This document shows positions 11,042 to 20,840 of a stretch of DNA of 64,000 nucleotides, in pieces. Location: assembly GCA_965219455.1 (NCBI GenBank), contig OZ244744.1:5632001-5696000 (forward strand), in the 5' to 3' direction. The position numbers and the translations under genes were made by a program. The notes under the pieces were generated by a model. The model saw only the letters and a list, made by a program, of their open reading frames with translations. It was not told the origin of the DNA and searched no databases. This stretch comes from Candidatus Latescibacterota bacterium. Its GTDB lineage: Bacteria > Latescibacterota > UBA2968 > GCA-2709665. The stretch's first letter is position 1; every line of letters starts with the position of its first letter.

Positions 11042-11608
11042 TTACTCCATGGTTTTCGCCGCCTTAATGGGGAATTCCTTTTCAAACCTCTGCCTGATTT
11101 TCTTTTCCCACCCGTCAAGAGACTCCCGAAGTGCCGAAACTATCTGTGGCTCCACCTGAAGCAGATCCTTCATTTTCACGGGAAACTGGCTGCCGTGGGG
11201 ATAAAAACTCCCGTCTATAACCAATTCCTGAAGAAAGGGATAACCTGCGACCAAATCACCGGGTGAAGGATTCAGCGGTGTGACGCGGGTGTGTACCTTC
11301 AACCCCATATACGTCAGATGGCTGAACCCCATCCGGAATCGGACGTGGGCACCCACCTTGTTTACACGAACCTTGTGGCCTGCGTACAATTCGTTCAAAC
11401 GCGCCGCCAGCAGCTTCCAGCCTTGCTGGAATTCGTCTAGAGGCATAGCCTTTTCACCGGAGAACGCCGCCTCCCGGTCTTTGGAAAGTCTCTTGGCCAT
11501 GGAAAGGGTTTTGTCATCCAGCTTTTTGGTTTCGGCATCTACGGAAGGCGCCTGGCACACCGACAGACAGATGAAGAAACCGACTGAAGTCGTGAGAACA
11601 AAACGCAC
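11042..11608 (-). CDS. Hypothetical exported protein
   Basis: GTG start after a GGGGAG RBS, signal-like N-terminus, no recognised domain. Confidence 0.55.
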   Translation of the reverse strand: MRFVLTTSVGFFICLSVCQAPSVDAETKKLDDKTLSMAKRLSKDREAAFSGEKAMPLDEFQQGWKLLAARLNELYAGHKVRVNKVGAHVRFRMGFSHLTYMGLKVHTRVTPLNPSPGDLVAGYPFLQELVIDGSFYPHGSQFPVKMKDLLQVEPQIVSALRESLDGWEKKIRQRFEKEFPIKAAKTME

Positions 11609-11769
11609 TATCGTCTCCCCCTTCTTAATAAACGAACGCGCGATACCCCTTTTTTGAAAAGGGCATACGAGACCATCCGGCAAGACGCAAATTGCCACAA
11701 TTCGGATATTGAATAAGAAAAGAGATTAAGGAATTCTGAACGATTGCGCAAGCTTTTTCTCGTACTCCG

Positions 11770-11810
11770 AAAGAAAAGCCCGCGCGCACTCCGCTTCGGG
11801 GTCTGCGGGC
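11770..11810 (-). terminator. Putative intrinsic terminator of the feo operon
   Basis: GCCCGC...GCGGGC stem followed on the minus strand by TTTTCTTT. Confidence 0.5.
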
Positions 11811-11837
11811 GCCCTCGGTATCGTACTTGAGTTGTGT

Positions 11838-12011
11838 TCAGGCCGGAGGCGCCTTTTCTATATCGAGGAGGGATTTATCTGAGGAGCCACGACGGCCCCC
11901 GCAGGAGGAGCAACCGCCTGATCCCGCCAGGAAGGGACTGACAAACTTCCAGACAGCCCAGGTACCACTGGCGAACGCGACTCCGGCTGCCACCACCGAC
12001 TGCCAATCCAA
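11838..12011 (-). CDS. FeoB-associated Cys-rich small membrane protein
   Basis: TTG start 1 nt after the feoB stop; (M)DWQSVVAAGVAFASGTWAVWKF TM segment then GGCSSCGG. Confidence 0.75.
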   Translation of the reverse strand: MDWQSVVAAGVAFASGTWAVWKFVSPFLAGSGGCSSCGGRRGSSDKSLLDIEKAPPA

Positions 12012-12012
12012 T

Positions 12013-14247
12013 TTAACCACCCCATCCCAGAGCCATCGTGCCCTGATAAGTCGCAAGCGCGCCGACATAGGCCAATAGAGTCATATAGGCGAACGTAAGA
12101 ATCGCCCATCCCCAGGACTGCGTCTCCCGGCGGATGACGGCCAACGTCGATGCGCACTGTGCGCACAGCGCGAAAAAGACCATCACCGAGAGCGCCACGG
12201 GGACATTGAACACCGGGCGTCCATCCCCCCACGTTGCGTTGCGGAGCGCGCTGCGCAGGTCTTCTGAGGGTTCGTCCGCATCGCCTCCAAGGCTGTAGAT
12301 TGTACCAAGCGTGGCGACAATGACCTCACGTGCGGGAAAGGAGGCGAGCGTGGCCATCCCGATTCGCCAATCCCAGCCCAGGGGCCTGACCGCAGGTTCT
12401 ATCCAATGCCCGGCCCGGCCCAGATAACTTTCGTTCAGGAGTTCTGCGGCCATGCGCGCGTCCAGATCCGCAAGCGTCGCCTGCAAATCCACGCCCGAAA
12501 GGGATGCCGTGGCCGTCTGTCGATGGCGCTCGTATTCCGCAATGGTATCTGCCGGCCTGGGAAAATAGGCCAGCGCCCACATCGCGATGGTTGCGGCCAG
12601 AATGATACTTCCTGCGCGCACCAGGAACGCCCTGGAACTCTCATAAACCCTCAGGCCAACCGTCCGTTTGTCCGGGACCTTGTACGAAGGGAATTCCAGA
12701 ATGAAAGGTAGCGTTTCCCCTCTCAACAGAGTCTTCTTTAATAACCACGCCACGGGAACAGCCACCGCCACGCCCACGATATACATCGCAAAAAGCGTGA
12801 GCCCCTGCAGACCGACCCATTCGCCCAGAACCGGTTTCGCCGGGATAAATGCGCCTATCAGGATGGTGTAGACCGGCAATCGGGCCGAGCAACTCATCAG
12901 CGGCGCCACCAGGATGGTGACCAGCCGATTCCGGCGATCTTCGATGGTTCGAGTTGCCATTATTCCCGGCACGGCGCACGCAAAGCTGGACAACATCGGG
13001 ATAAAGGACTGGCCGGAAAGACCGCACTTTGTCAGAAGCCTGTCCATCAACATGGCCGCCCGGGCCATGTAACCGCAATCCTCCAGAATAGCAATAAAGA
13101 AAAAGAGGATTGCAATTTGGGGTAAGAAAATGACGACACCGCCCACGCCCGCAATGACGCCGTCTTGAACCAGGCTCTGCAGTGCCCCGTCTGGAAACCA
13201 CGTTCCCACCCATCCGGACAACGTAGAAAACAGTACGTCAACCCTCTCCATCAGTGGACCGGCCCACGCATAGATAGCCTGAAATACCACGCCCATTATA
13301 GCGACGAACAGGAACGTGCCCCATATCCTGTGCGTCAGCACACGGTCGATGCGGTCCGAAGGCGTCTTCTGGAGATGCTCTGGCTGCGATACGCTTTCCG
13401 CAAGCACCTGCTTGATCCAGTTGTAGCGAACCTTCGATTCCAGAGCGGATAATCCTGAACCCGCCGAAAACCGGCCCCTGGCCTCCACGAGTTTACCACG
13501 GAAAACATCCCCGTGTGTCTCGATCAACCGGCGCTCCGCGTAACCGCCTTCGTCGACGATCGCCCGGAACGCCTCCACGCGACACGCCGAGGAACTCTTC
13601 CCGTTATACGACCGCAACGCCGTCGCGATGGCATCGACCGCCGCAGGAAATCCCTCGGGAAATCCTGGCAGAAGCGAAGATGCCTTACGCCGCTCGCTGC
13701 ACAGCACCCCTCCCAATTCCCGGCGCAGGTCACCCAGCCCTCGTTTTCGATTCGCGCAAACCCTTACCACCGGTACCCCCAGGCACCGGGAGAGCCCCTC
13801 AACGTTAATGTGTATGCCCCGGGCATCCGCCACATCGGTCATATTCAGCGCGACAACTGCCGGCAGGCCGAGCTCGAGGATCTGTGAGACGAGGTACAGA
13901 TTCCTGTAAAGATTGGAGGCGTCTACAATTGCCAGAACCGCGTCTACCTTACGTTCGCCAGGCACCCGTCCGAGAAGAATATCGGCGACGATCATCTCAT
14001 CGGGGGCATGAGCGGCCAGGCTGTAGGTCCCCGGCAGATCGACGAGATCCACCTTCTTGTCATCGGACAACCTCAGCCGCGCCACTTTTCGCTCGACCGT
14101 CACGCCGGGATAATTTCCGACATGTTGAAAAAGACCGGTAAGACCGTTAAAAAGCGTGGTCTTACCGGTATTGGGATTGCCAACGAGAGCGATGGCATAG
14201 CGTTGATCTACTCTGGTTTGCGGTCCGTGGGACAACTCCGTGGCCAT
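12013..14247 (-). CDS. feoB: Ferrous iron transport protein B
   Basis: GNPNTGKT, VGNYPGVTVE, DLPG, NMTD; LEDCGYMARAA, FACAVPGIMATR, CSARLPVY, AREV, AQCAST. Confidence 0.96.
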   Translation of the reverse strand: MATELSHGPQTRVDQRYAIALVGNPNTGKTTLFNGLTGLFQHVGNYPGVTVERKVARLRLSDDKKVDLVDLPGTYSLAAHAPDEMIVADILLGRVPGERKVDAVLAIVDASNLYRNLYLVSQILELGLPAVVALNMTDVADARGIHINVEGLSRCLGVPVVRVCANRKRGLGDLRRELGGVLCSERRKASSLLPGFPEGFPAAVDAIATALRSYNGKSSSACRVEAFRAIVDEGGYAERRLIETHGDVFRGKLVEARGRFSAGSGLSALESKVRYNWIKQVLAESVSQPEHLQKTPSDRIDRVLTHRIWGTFLFVAIMGVVFQAIYAWAGPLMERVDVLFSTLSGWVGTWFPDGALQSLVQDGVIAGVGGVVIFLPQIAILFFFIAILEDCGYMARAAMLMDRLLTKCGLSGQSFIPMLSSFACAVPGIMATRTIEDRRNRLVTILVAPLMSCSARLPVYTILIGAFIPAKPVLGEWVGLQGLTLFAMYIVGVAVAVPVAWLLKKTLLRGETLPFILEFPSYKVPDKRTVGLRVYESSRAFLVRAGSIILAATIAMWALAYFPRPADTIAEYERHRQTATASLSGVDLQATLADLDARMAAELLNESYLGRAGHWIEPAVRPLGWDWRIGMATLASFPAREVIVATLGTIYSLGGDADEPSEDLRSALRNATWGDGRPVFNVPVALSVMVFFALCAQCASTLAVIRRETQSWGWAILTFAYMTLLAYVGALATYQGTMALGWGG

Positions 14248-14257
14248 GCGTCAAACC

Positions 14258-14560
14258 TCAAGAGATCGGACTGAGCCTCACGGCAACCGCATCGCGCATC
14301 CGCAAACAGAACCGGGCGTCTTCCACCTGCACGACCACCCTGCCGCCAACACGCAGCATTCGAACCCGCACGCCAGGACAAACACCCAGTTCCCGCAACC
14401 GGGAGGCCAGAGGCGAATTTCCCACGACCGATTCGACCGTGCCTTCGTCGCCCTCATTCAGTCCGGCAAGCGAGCCGCTGAACAATCCTTGTGACCGGGT
14501 TCTCCGGCCAGGCCAGCGCCAGATCCGGCGACCGGCCAGTTGCATCAGACGCGCCACCAT
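14258..14560 (-). CDS. feoA: Ferrous iron transport protein A
   Basis: LAGLNEGDEG..SRLRELGVCPG..RFCLR FeoA pattern, directly upstream of feoB. Exact start uncertain. Confidence 0.85.
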   Translation of the reverse strand: MVARLMQLAGRRIWRWPGRRTRSQGLFSGSLAGLNEGDEGTVESVVGNSPLASRLRELGVCPGVRVRMLRVGGRVVVQVEDARFCLRMRDAVAVRLSPIS

Positions 14561-14590
14561 AGCATCATCCCTCTTTATCGTGTTATTCGA

Positions 14591-15121
14591 TCATCTCTCG
14601 GATCCGACTCTGAGGAGACATTCGTCTTCGCAGATCGGACAATCGGCCAGGTCATGACAGAAATCGCCGGTCTGCCAGAACGCATTCAGAAACTCCCGGG
14701 CTTCCGGCGTATCCGCGAGCAGGAATCTCGCGAAATTCAGCAATTTCTCGCCGGTTTCCTGGCTCAAAAGGTGTTCTACCTTGCACGCGTCCACTTCCGC
14801 CTGATGGCCTTCCACGTGCAGCACGTCCTTCAGAAACTTGCGAACGATGACGCGTTTGGCGAGCACCAGATCGACCAGTTGCTCCCCCCTGTCGGACAGT
14901 CGAAGAAATTTGTTCCGATCTTCCAGAACAAACTGTTTCTGTCGGAGCGCTTTTAACGTTAGCGACGCGCTGCCCCGCGTAATGTCAAGATATCTTGCAA
15001 CATCCGACACCCGCGCGTATCCCTGCTGGTCCTTCAGCTCTCTGATGGCGGCAAGGTGATGCGCCACGCTATGCGTGATTTCATTCTTTTCGAATGCTTT
15101 CCAAACGTCGGATGATGCCAC
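14591..15121 (-). CDS. DtxR family iron-dependent regulator with Cys-rich C-terminus
   Basis: HTH ARVSDVARYLDITRGSAS, DACKVEHLLS (DtxR-type Cys-x2-Glu-His), C-terminal CHDLADCPICEDEC. Confidence 0.88.
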   Translation of the reverse strand: MASSDVWKAFEKNEITHSVAHHLAAIRELKDQQGYARVSDVARYLDITRGSASLTLKALRQKQFVLEDRNKFLRLSDRGEQLVDLVLAKRVIVRKFLKDVLHVEGHQAEVDACKVEHLLSQETGEKLLNFARFLLADTPEAREFLNAFWQTGDFCHDLADCPICEDECLLRVGSER

Positions 15122-15161
15122 GTGGCCCCCCTTTCCGCTGACAAGGCGCCCGACCCCGTCA

Positions 15162-15220
15162 AATGTTTTACCAATAAAACATTCGTTATAAATTTAAACG
15201 AAATATGCACGCCCTGTCAA
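15162..15220 (-). promoter_or_regulatory. Promoter and tandem palindromic operators of the feo locus
   Basis: Perfect AATGTTTTA-N4-TAAAACATT (15162-15183), adjacent TTCGTT-N9-AACGAA (15182-15202), and minus-strand TTGACA at 15220-15215. Confidence 0.6.
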
Positions 15221-15259
15221 GAGAAAATTGTCACGTACGCCCGCTTATTGGCGACGGGC

Positions 15260-15288
15260 TTGACTTTTCCTCATCAATTTTGTATACC
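15260..15288 (+). promoter_or_regulatory. Sigma70-like promoter for the uxaA-like gene
   Basis: TTGACT-N17-TATACC. Confidence 0.5.
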
Positions 15289-15346
15289 TCACGGACGCGC
15301 CATAGTACCCCGCGACTCCCAGAGGAACCTACCCTGGAGACCGCCA

Positions 15347-18049
15347 ATGTCGGAAATACTTGCATTCGACGAAGTTGCCAGGCTTCCCCGACCGGGAGAC
15401 AACGTGGCCATCGCTTCCCGTAAACTGGATGCGGGCACCTGTATCCGACGGCGTGGTTCGGTTCTTCGACTGAATACCTCCATTCTGGAAGGGCATCGTT
15501 TTGCCGTGGACCCCATCCCTGCTGGCGAGGCCCTTCTGTCCTGGAGTCTTCCCTTCGGCATTGCACTGGAGGACATTTCGGCAGGGAATTATGTCTGTAA
15601 CGCCGGCATGCTCGAAGCCCTGCGCATCCGCTCCCTTGATTTTCAACTTCCCGCCGAACCCAATTTCGAAGACCGCATCGAACCCTACCGTCTGGACGAG
15701 AGCACATTCAGACCTGGCGAGCAGGTTCCCGCCGCCGCGGACATGCGCACCTTTGAAGGATACGTCCGCGGCGCCGGGCGTGGGGTGGGTACCCGAAATT
15801 ACGTCGTCATCCTGGGGACGACATCCCGGACAGGCAGTTTTGCAAAACGGTTGGAGGAACGTTTGGGTGGGGTTGCCGACGCCTATCCGAATGTCGACGG
15901 CATCGTCGCCGTCACGCACACCGAAGGAGGAGGGCGAACCACACCAAACAATCTGGACCTGCTGCTGAGAACGCTTGCCGGCTTTATGGCACATCCAAAC
16001 GTGGGTGCCGCCCTTGCCGTGGACTACGGCACGGAACCGCTCACCAATGCCATGCTCAGTGCCTACACCAAAAAAAACAAAGCTGCTCTTTCGGACCTTC
16101 CTCACGAATTTTTCTCTCTGCGCGGGGGTTTTGAAGAGAATCTGGATCGAGCCCAGGCCATCGTCACAGGATGGATGCCGAGAGTGAACCGGACAAGCCG
16201 AAAGCCGACTCCCGTTGCGAGCCTGAAGATCGCGCTTCAATGCGGCGGGTCGGACGCGTTCTCCGGCGTATCGGGAAACCCGCTGGCGTCCTGGGTCGCC
16301 CGCGAAGTCATCCGGCAAGGCGGCGCCGCGAACCTGGCGGAAACAGACGAACTGATCGGCGCGGAATCCTATGTACTGCAGAATGTAAAGGATCTGGACA
16401 CGGCCCGCCGCTTCCTGGACCGCGTGGAAGCCTATAAGAACCTTGCCGCATGCCACGGTTCGAGCGCCGAGGGAAACCCCTCGGGGGGCAATAAATTCCG
16501 CGGCATCTACAACATTGTACTCAAGTCCATCGGCGCTGCCCTGAAACGGCACCCCGAAGTCCGCCTTGACGGGGTTCTGGACTACGGCCAATCCATGCAC
16601 GAGCCCGGATATTATTTTATGGACAGTCCTGGTAACGACCTTGAAAGCATTGCGGGACAGGTCGCTTCGGGATGTAACATGATCTTCTTTGTGACTGGCA
16701 ATGGTTCGATAACCAATTTCCCATTCGTTCCCACGATCAAAATTATCACCACCACAGGCCGGTACGAACTCCTCTCCAATGAGATGGACGTAAACGCCGG
16801 CGCCTATCTGGACGGGACCCCACTGGACGCGCTCGGGATGCGGATGACGGATCTCACGCTGAACGTGGCTTCCGGCACACGGAGCAAAGGTGAGCGAGCC
16901 GGCCACGCCCAGGTCTCCATCTGGCGCAACTGGCAGCAGACGGATACCGCAAACCTGGCGTATCTGCGGTCGCTGCCCCAGCCCGCGGGCAGGCCCATCA
17001 CCATCGGGTTGGAAGAAGCACGCCCCGCGGCCGCATTCAGGGGCGTCGTCACGGGGGGAGGCATCGCCACGGATCAGGTGGGCCTGATTCTGCCCACCAG
17101 CCTGTGTGCCGGCCAAATCGCAAAGATGGCCGCAAACCGCCTCGAGCAAAAGCAGGTCGGAAAGTCACAGGGCATCTCCCGCTACGTCGCGCTCGTACAT
17201 ACGGAAGGTTGCGGCGTCGCGGGCGACGCGACCGAAAGGATGTATTCCAGGACGATGCTGGGCTATCTAACCCATCCCATGGTAAAATATGCCCTGCTGC
17301 TCGAGCACGGATGCGAGAAAACCCACAACGACTATCTTCGCTACGAACTCGAGAGCGCGGGCATCGACCCCGCACGCTTTGGCTGGTCGAGTATCCAACT
17401 CGACGGCGGTCTTGAATGTGCGCTTGGGAACGTGGAAGCGTGGTTCACGGCTCAACTGGAACACGATCGGCGGCCTTCTTACGTGCAATCCGATCTTGCA
17501 GCGGTTTCCGTCGGACTCCTGACGGCCGGCCCGGTGAGCAACAACGCCTCGGAAACGCTGGCAAATCTATTGCGCCGGCTGGTACGTGCGGGCGCAACGG
17601 TTGTGACGCCGGATAACTCGGCGCTACTCTCCTCGGCGCCCTTTTCGAATACCGTTCTGCCGAACTCGTCCGTGGGTCCGTCGCTTGCCTACGGCCAGGC
17701 CGCCTCGATACCCGGGTTCTACATCATGGAAACGCAAACGGACCACTGGGTTGAAACCCTTACCGGCCTGGGCGGAACCGGTGTTGAAATCCTGATCGCC
17801 CACGTCGCCGACCACCCCATGCAGGGGCACCCGATGTTGCCTATGCTTCAGACCAGCGTAGAGCCCTCCATGCACGCGCTCTACAAAAGCGACCTGGACC
17901 TTCCGCTTACCGATGCAGCGGACGCCAACGCCGGACGGATTATCGGCCTCCTGTCGGAAACCGCCTCCCGAAACTATCGTCCGGTGGCGATGAGGCAAGA
18001 AAATACGGATTTTCAGTTTACCAGGGGGCTGCTCGGCGTATCAATGTGA
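15347..18049 (+). CDS. UxaA family altronate/galactarate dehydratase-like protein with SAF domain and duplicated C-terminal domain (~900 aa)
   Basis: DNVAIA SAF domain, GVGTRNY, LQCGGSDAFSGVSGNP, ETDELIGAE, GNPSGGN, KSIGAALK, DSPGND; second partial domain with PTSLC, HTEGCG and HGCE. Start ATG 15347 with a GGAG RBS. Confidence 0.88.
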   Translation: MSEILAFDEVARLPRPGDNVAIASRKLDAGTCIRRRGSVLRLNTSILEGHRFAVDPIPAGEALLSWSLPFGIALEDISAGNYVCNAGMLEALRIRSLDFQLPAEPNFEDRIEPYRLDESTFRPGEQVPAAADMRTFEGYVRGAGRGVGTRNYVVILGTTSRTGSFAKRLEERLGGVADAYPNVDGIVAVTHTEGGGRTTPNNLDLLLRTLAGFMAHPNVGAALAVDYGTEPLTNAMLSAYTKKNKAALSDLPHEFFSLRGGFEENLDRAQAIVTGWMPRVNRTSRKPTPVASLKIALQCGGSDAFSGVSGNPLASWVAREVIRQGGAANLAETDELIGAESYVLQNVKDLDTARRFLDRVEAYKNLAACHGSSAEGNPSGGNKFRGIYNIVLKSIGAALKRHPEVRLDGVLDYGQSMHEPGYYFMDSPGNDLESIAGQVASGCNMIFFVTGNGSITNFPFVPTIKIITTTGRYELLSNEMDVNAGAYLDGTPLDALGMRMTDLTLNVASGTRSKGERAGHAQVSIWRNWQQTDTANLAYLRSLPQPAGRPITIGLEEARPAAAFRGVVTGGGIATDQVGLILPTSLCAGQIAKMAANRLEQKQVGKSQGISRYVALVHTEGCGVAGDATERMYSRTMLGYLTHPMVKYALLLEHGCEKTHNDYLRYELESAGIDPARFGWSSIQLDGGLECALGNVEAWFTAQLEHDRRPSYVQSDLAAVSVGLLTAGPVSNNASETLANLLRRLVRAGATVVTPDNSALLSSAPFSNTVLPNSSVGPSLAYGQAASIPGFYIMETQTDHWVETLTGLGGTGVEILIAHVADHPMQGHPMLPMLQTSVEPSMHALYKSDLDLPLTDAADANAGRIIGLLSETASRNYRPVAMRQENTDFQFTRGLLGVSM

Positions 18050-18055
18050 CACCAC

Positions 18056-18101
18056 AAAAAAGAAGCGGGCGCACGTTCCGCAACATTCGCCCGCTTCTCT
18101 T
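18056..18101. terminator. Hairpin between convergent genes (probable terminator)
   Basis: AGAAGCGGGCG (18061-18071) / CGCCCGCTTCT (18088-18098), preceded by an A-run. Confidence 0.6.
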
Positions 18102-18132
18102 GTCGATATCTTTTCGTACGCCGGTCTATTCT

Positions 18133-18417
18133 TTAATTGTCAATCCAGGCCTGCAGCGCCGCCGCGATCTTTCTTCCCTGATCCAGACTCGAAATATTGA
18201 ATTTGCTACGAGGTATATACGTTCCGTCTCGTTTCTGAAACCGGCGAATCGTCACTTTCGCTGGCCCGTATTCATCGGATTGCCGATTCAAATCCTGGTA
18301 CAGGAACATTACCGTTGCCCAGGCCCCCCGCGAAAGCACGTGTTTATCCAGCTCTCTGCACAACAGAACACCGCCTTCTTCATAGTTGACGCTCAATTCG
18401 TCCACCGTCTCCGCCAT
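18133..18417 (-). CDS. Hypothetical protein (94 aa), possible PC4-like fold
   Basis: ATG 18417 with an AGGAGG RBS; protein-like composition MAETVDELSVNYEE..KVTIRRFQK..KFNISS. Confidence 0.7.
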   Translation of the reverse strand: MAETVDELSVNYEEGGVLLCRELDKHVLSRGAWATVMFLYQDLNRQSDEYGPAKVTIRRFQKRDGTYIPRSKFNISSLDQGRKIAAALQAWIDN

Positions 18418-18514
18418 CGACTCGCCTCCTTGCCGCTTTAACTGACTGTGGATTCGCCCTACGCCGACGAAACTGAAACGTCGACCGAAATTCACTGCAC
18501 CAGGGATCAATCTC

Positions 18515-19378
18515 ATGAGACTCGGCATTGTCGGCATGCTGCCCGGCGACCTCCGGAGCTTTACTCAGAATCACTTCGAGACGATTCGCGAACTGCGTTT
18601 CACCGGCGCCGGATTTCACCTGCCCGGTGAACTGGTGAACGCCATTTCCGCCGAAGACACGGCAACGTGCAGAAAACTGTTCGCAGACTACGATATCGAT
18701 CTCGCGCAATTCGCCATCACGTACGAGGAATGCCTCTTCGACCCGGATCCGGATATCCGTTCCGAAGCCGTGTCGAAGGTGGTCGGGGGCGCCACGCTCG
18801 CCGCGCGCCTCGGCGCCGGGTTCTACCTGATACGGCCGGGCAGCCGCAACCCCGCCGGTCCGTGGACACCCCATGGTGACAACCATACGCCGGAAGCGCT
18901 CGCGTTGCTTATCCGCACACTGAAGCACGTTGCCCGCCGCACCGAGACGCTGAACGTGGTTACGGTCGTGGAAACCCACGTTATTTCAATACTCAATACC
19001 CCGTCGGTCTGCCGCCAGCTTGTGGAATCGGTGGGCAGCGCGAACATAAGGCTGGTTATGGACTACGTCAACCATTTCGAGTCCATCGACCAGGTCTACT
19101 CGGACAGCGAGCGCCTGAAGCACATCTTCGAAACCATCGGTCCGATGGCGCCCGTCTGTCACGTTAAAGACATCGCCGTAGGCAACCGTCTGGTGGTACA
19201 TCTCGACGAAGCCGTTCCCGGCCATGGCGAACTGAACCTGGCGCTCGCCCTGGGGCTTTTTCATGCCCATCATCCGGACGGTTATGCGCTTATCGAACAC
19301 CTTGGCCCGGATCAGATTCCACACGCGAACGCAAATGTGCGGAATATCGCCAGGACAGCAGGTATTCCTATTTACTGA
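18515..19378 (+). CDS. Sugar phosphate isomerase/epimerase family TIM-barrel protein
   Basis: Metal ligands VETH, MDYVNH, HVKD, PGHG and IEH. Confidence 0.88.
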   Translation: MRLGIVGMLPGDLRSFTQNHFETIRELRFTGAGFHLPGELVNAISAEDTATCRKLFADYDIDLAQFAITYEECLFDPDPDIRSEAVSKVVGGATLAARLGAGFYLIRPGSRNPAGPWTPHGDNHTPEALALLIRTLKHVARRTETLNVVTVVETHVISILNTPSVCRQLVESVGSANIRLVMDYVNHFESIDQVYSDSERLKHIFETIGPMAPVCHVKDIAVGNRLVVHLDEAVPGHGELNLALALGLFHAHHPDGYALIEHLGPDQIPHANANVRNIARTAGIPIY

Positions 19379-19467
19379 GCCCGGGCGGGCGCCATTGGAA
19401 GCGAACAGCGTTTGCGTGGGTGCCACCCATCGGCATCCGGATCACCCGCGTCGGAAAAACGCCGGCT

Positions 19468-19680
19468 TCAACCCTTCTGTCTGGACTTCGCCCGTCGTAT
19501 GCAGGCACCGACGGCAAGCCCGAGACTGGCGCCGATCGATACGCCGGCGCTTAACCACAGGCCGAAGTCACCGCTACCTGCGCCCATCGCTGAGCCCACT
19601 CCGGCGCCGACGCCCGACCCGATGGCCATCCATTTTCCAACCTGTCGTTGTCCGTTCCCGTCATCCGGTACGTCGGGCAT
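19468..19680 (-). CDS. Small glycine-zipper membrane protein
   Basis: WMAIGSGVGAGVGSAMG..GLWLSAGVSIGASLGLAVG followed by a basic tail. Confidence 0.6.
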   Translation of the reverse strand: MPDVPDDGNGQRQVGKWMAIGSGVGAGVGSAMGAGSGDFGLWLSAGVSIGASLGLAVGACIRRAKSRQKG

Positions 19681-19982
19681 GGCATACCTTTCGCGAATCA
19701 GCACCTGCTGTTTCCGACGCACGCAATATACCGGCCCGAGCCGAACCGAACAAGCTTAAAGCACCTCCGAAGCCGAAAGGACAAGCTGCTTGACATTTTC
19801 CTTGCGCCGGTTTTAGATAAGGTGTGAAGGCACCCCGGTTCAAGGCCGCACGATGTCGACGGCCGGGCCGGGCCGCGCCACGGACCTGGACTTCCGTTTT
19901 CTGGTCCGGCGTTCTGTCAACAGACGTCAACGGACAGCAGCGGATTGAACTGCATCCTGCTTTTCTTGGAAAGGAGTGTCCA

Positions 19983-20840
19983 ATGCAGCCTGAGATGATT
20001 GCGGACTATCACTGTGAAACCGGCGAAGGACCGCTCTGGCATCCCACGGAAAAAAGAGTCTACTGGACCGATATTCCCGCGGGTCGCGTGTTTCGCTACG
20101 ACCCAGCCACGGGAATGCACGAAATCTGTTACACCGGGGATATCGTGGGGGGCTTTACGGTCCAGGAGGATGGGTCTCTGCTCTTCTTCATGGAACGAGG
20201 CGCGGTTAAAATCTGGCGCGACGGCGAACTCGCCACGGTGATCGACGAAATCCCCGATGAGCGCGAGACCCGGTTCAACGACGTGATTGCGGATCCCGAG
20301 GGCCGGGTTTTTTGCGGAACCATGCCCACACCGGAGCGGCCGGGCAGGCTTTACCGGCTGGACACGGATGGTACCCTTCACCTGATCCTCGATGAGGTGG
20401 GAATTTCCAACGGTATGGGTTTCACGGCGGACCAGAGGACCATGTATTTCACGGACACCCCCACGCTGAATATCTACCGGTTTGACTACGATCGACTAAC
20501 CGGCGACATATCGAACCGGGAGGTATTCGCACGGGCGGCGGAAGACGACGGCATGCCGGACGGCATGACCGTGGACGCCCTCGGCTACGTCTGGTCCGCC
20601 AGATGGGACGGACACTGCCTTGTTCGCTACACACCTCACGGCGTTGAGGACCGGCGCATTACCTTCCCGGTAAAGAAGGTGTCAAGCCTCACTTTCGGAG
20701 GCGCGGATTACACCGATATCTACGTCACCACCGCGGGCGGTCATATCAAACACGAAGACGGAGAACATGCCGGCGCCCTCTTCCGTTTGAACCTGGGCAT
20801 CCGGGGCGTTGAAGAGTTCTATTCGCGAATCGGACTTTGA
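19983..20840 (+). CDS. SMP-30/gluconolactonase/LRE family protein
   Basis: GEGPLW, RFNDVIADPEGR..GTM, ISNGMGF, PDGMTVD; AAGGAG RBS. Confidence 0.95.
   Translation: MQPEMIADYHCETGEGPLWHPTEKRVYWTDIPAGRVFRYDPATGMHEICYTGDIVGGFTVQEDGSLLFFMERGAVKIWRDGELATVIDEIPDERETRFNDVIADPEGRVFCGTMPTPERPGRLYRLDTDGTLHLILDEVGISNGMGFTADQRTMYFTDTPTLNIYRFDYDRLTGDISNREVFARAAEDDGMPDGMTVDALGYVWSARWDGHCLVRYTPHGVEDRRITFPVKKVSSLTFGGADYTDIYVTTAGGHIKHEDGEHAGALFRLNLGIRGVEEFYSRIGL

Noticed and set aside
10755-11067. Short ORFs between the LLM gene and the hypothetical gene
   Set aside because: No RBS or domain support.
15329-17149. 606-aa minus-strand ORF (likewise 37960-39720, 466-1476 and 7555-8601)
   Set aside because: Shadow frames overlapping well-supported genes in GC-rich DNA.
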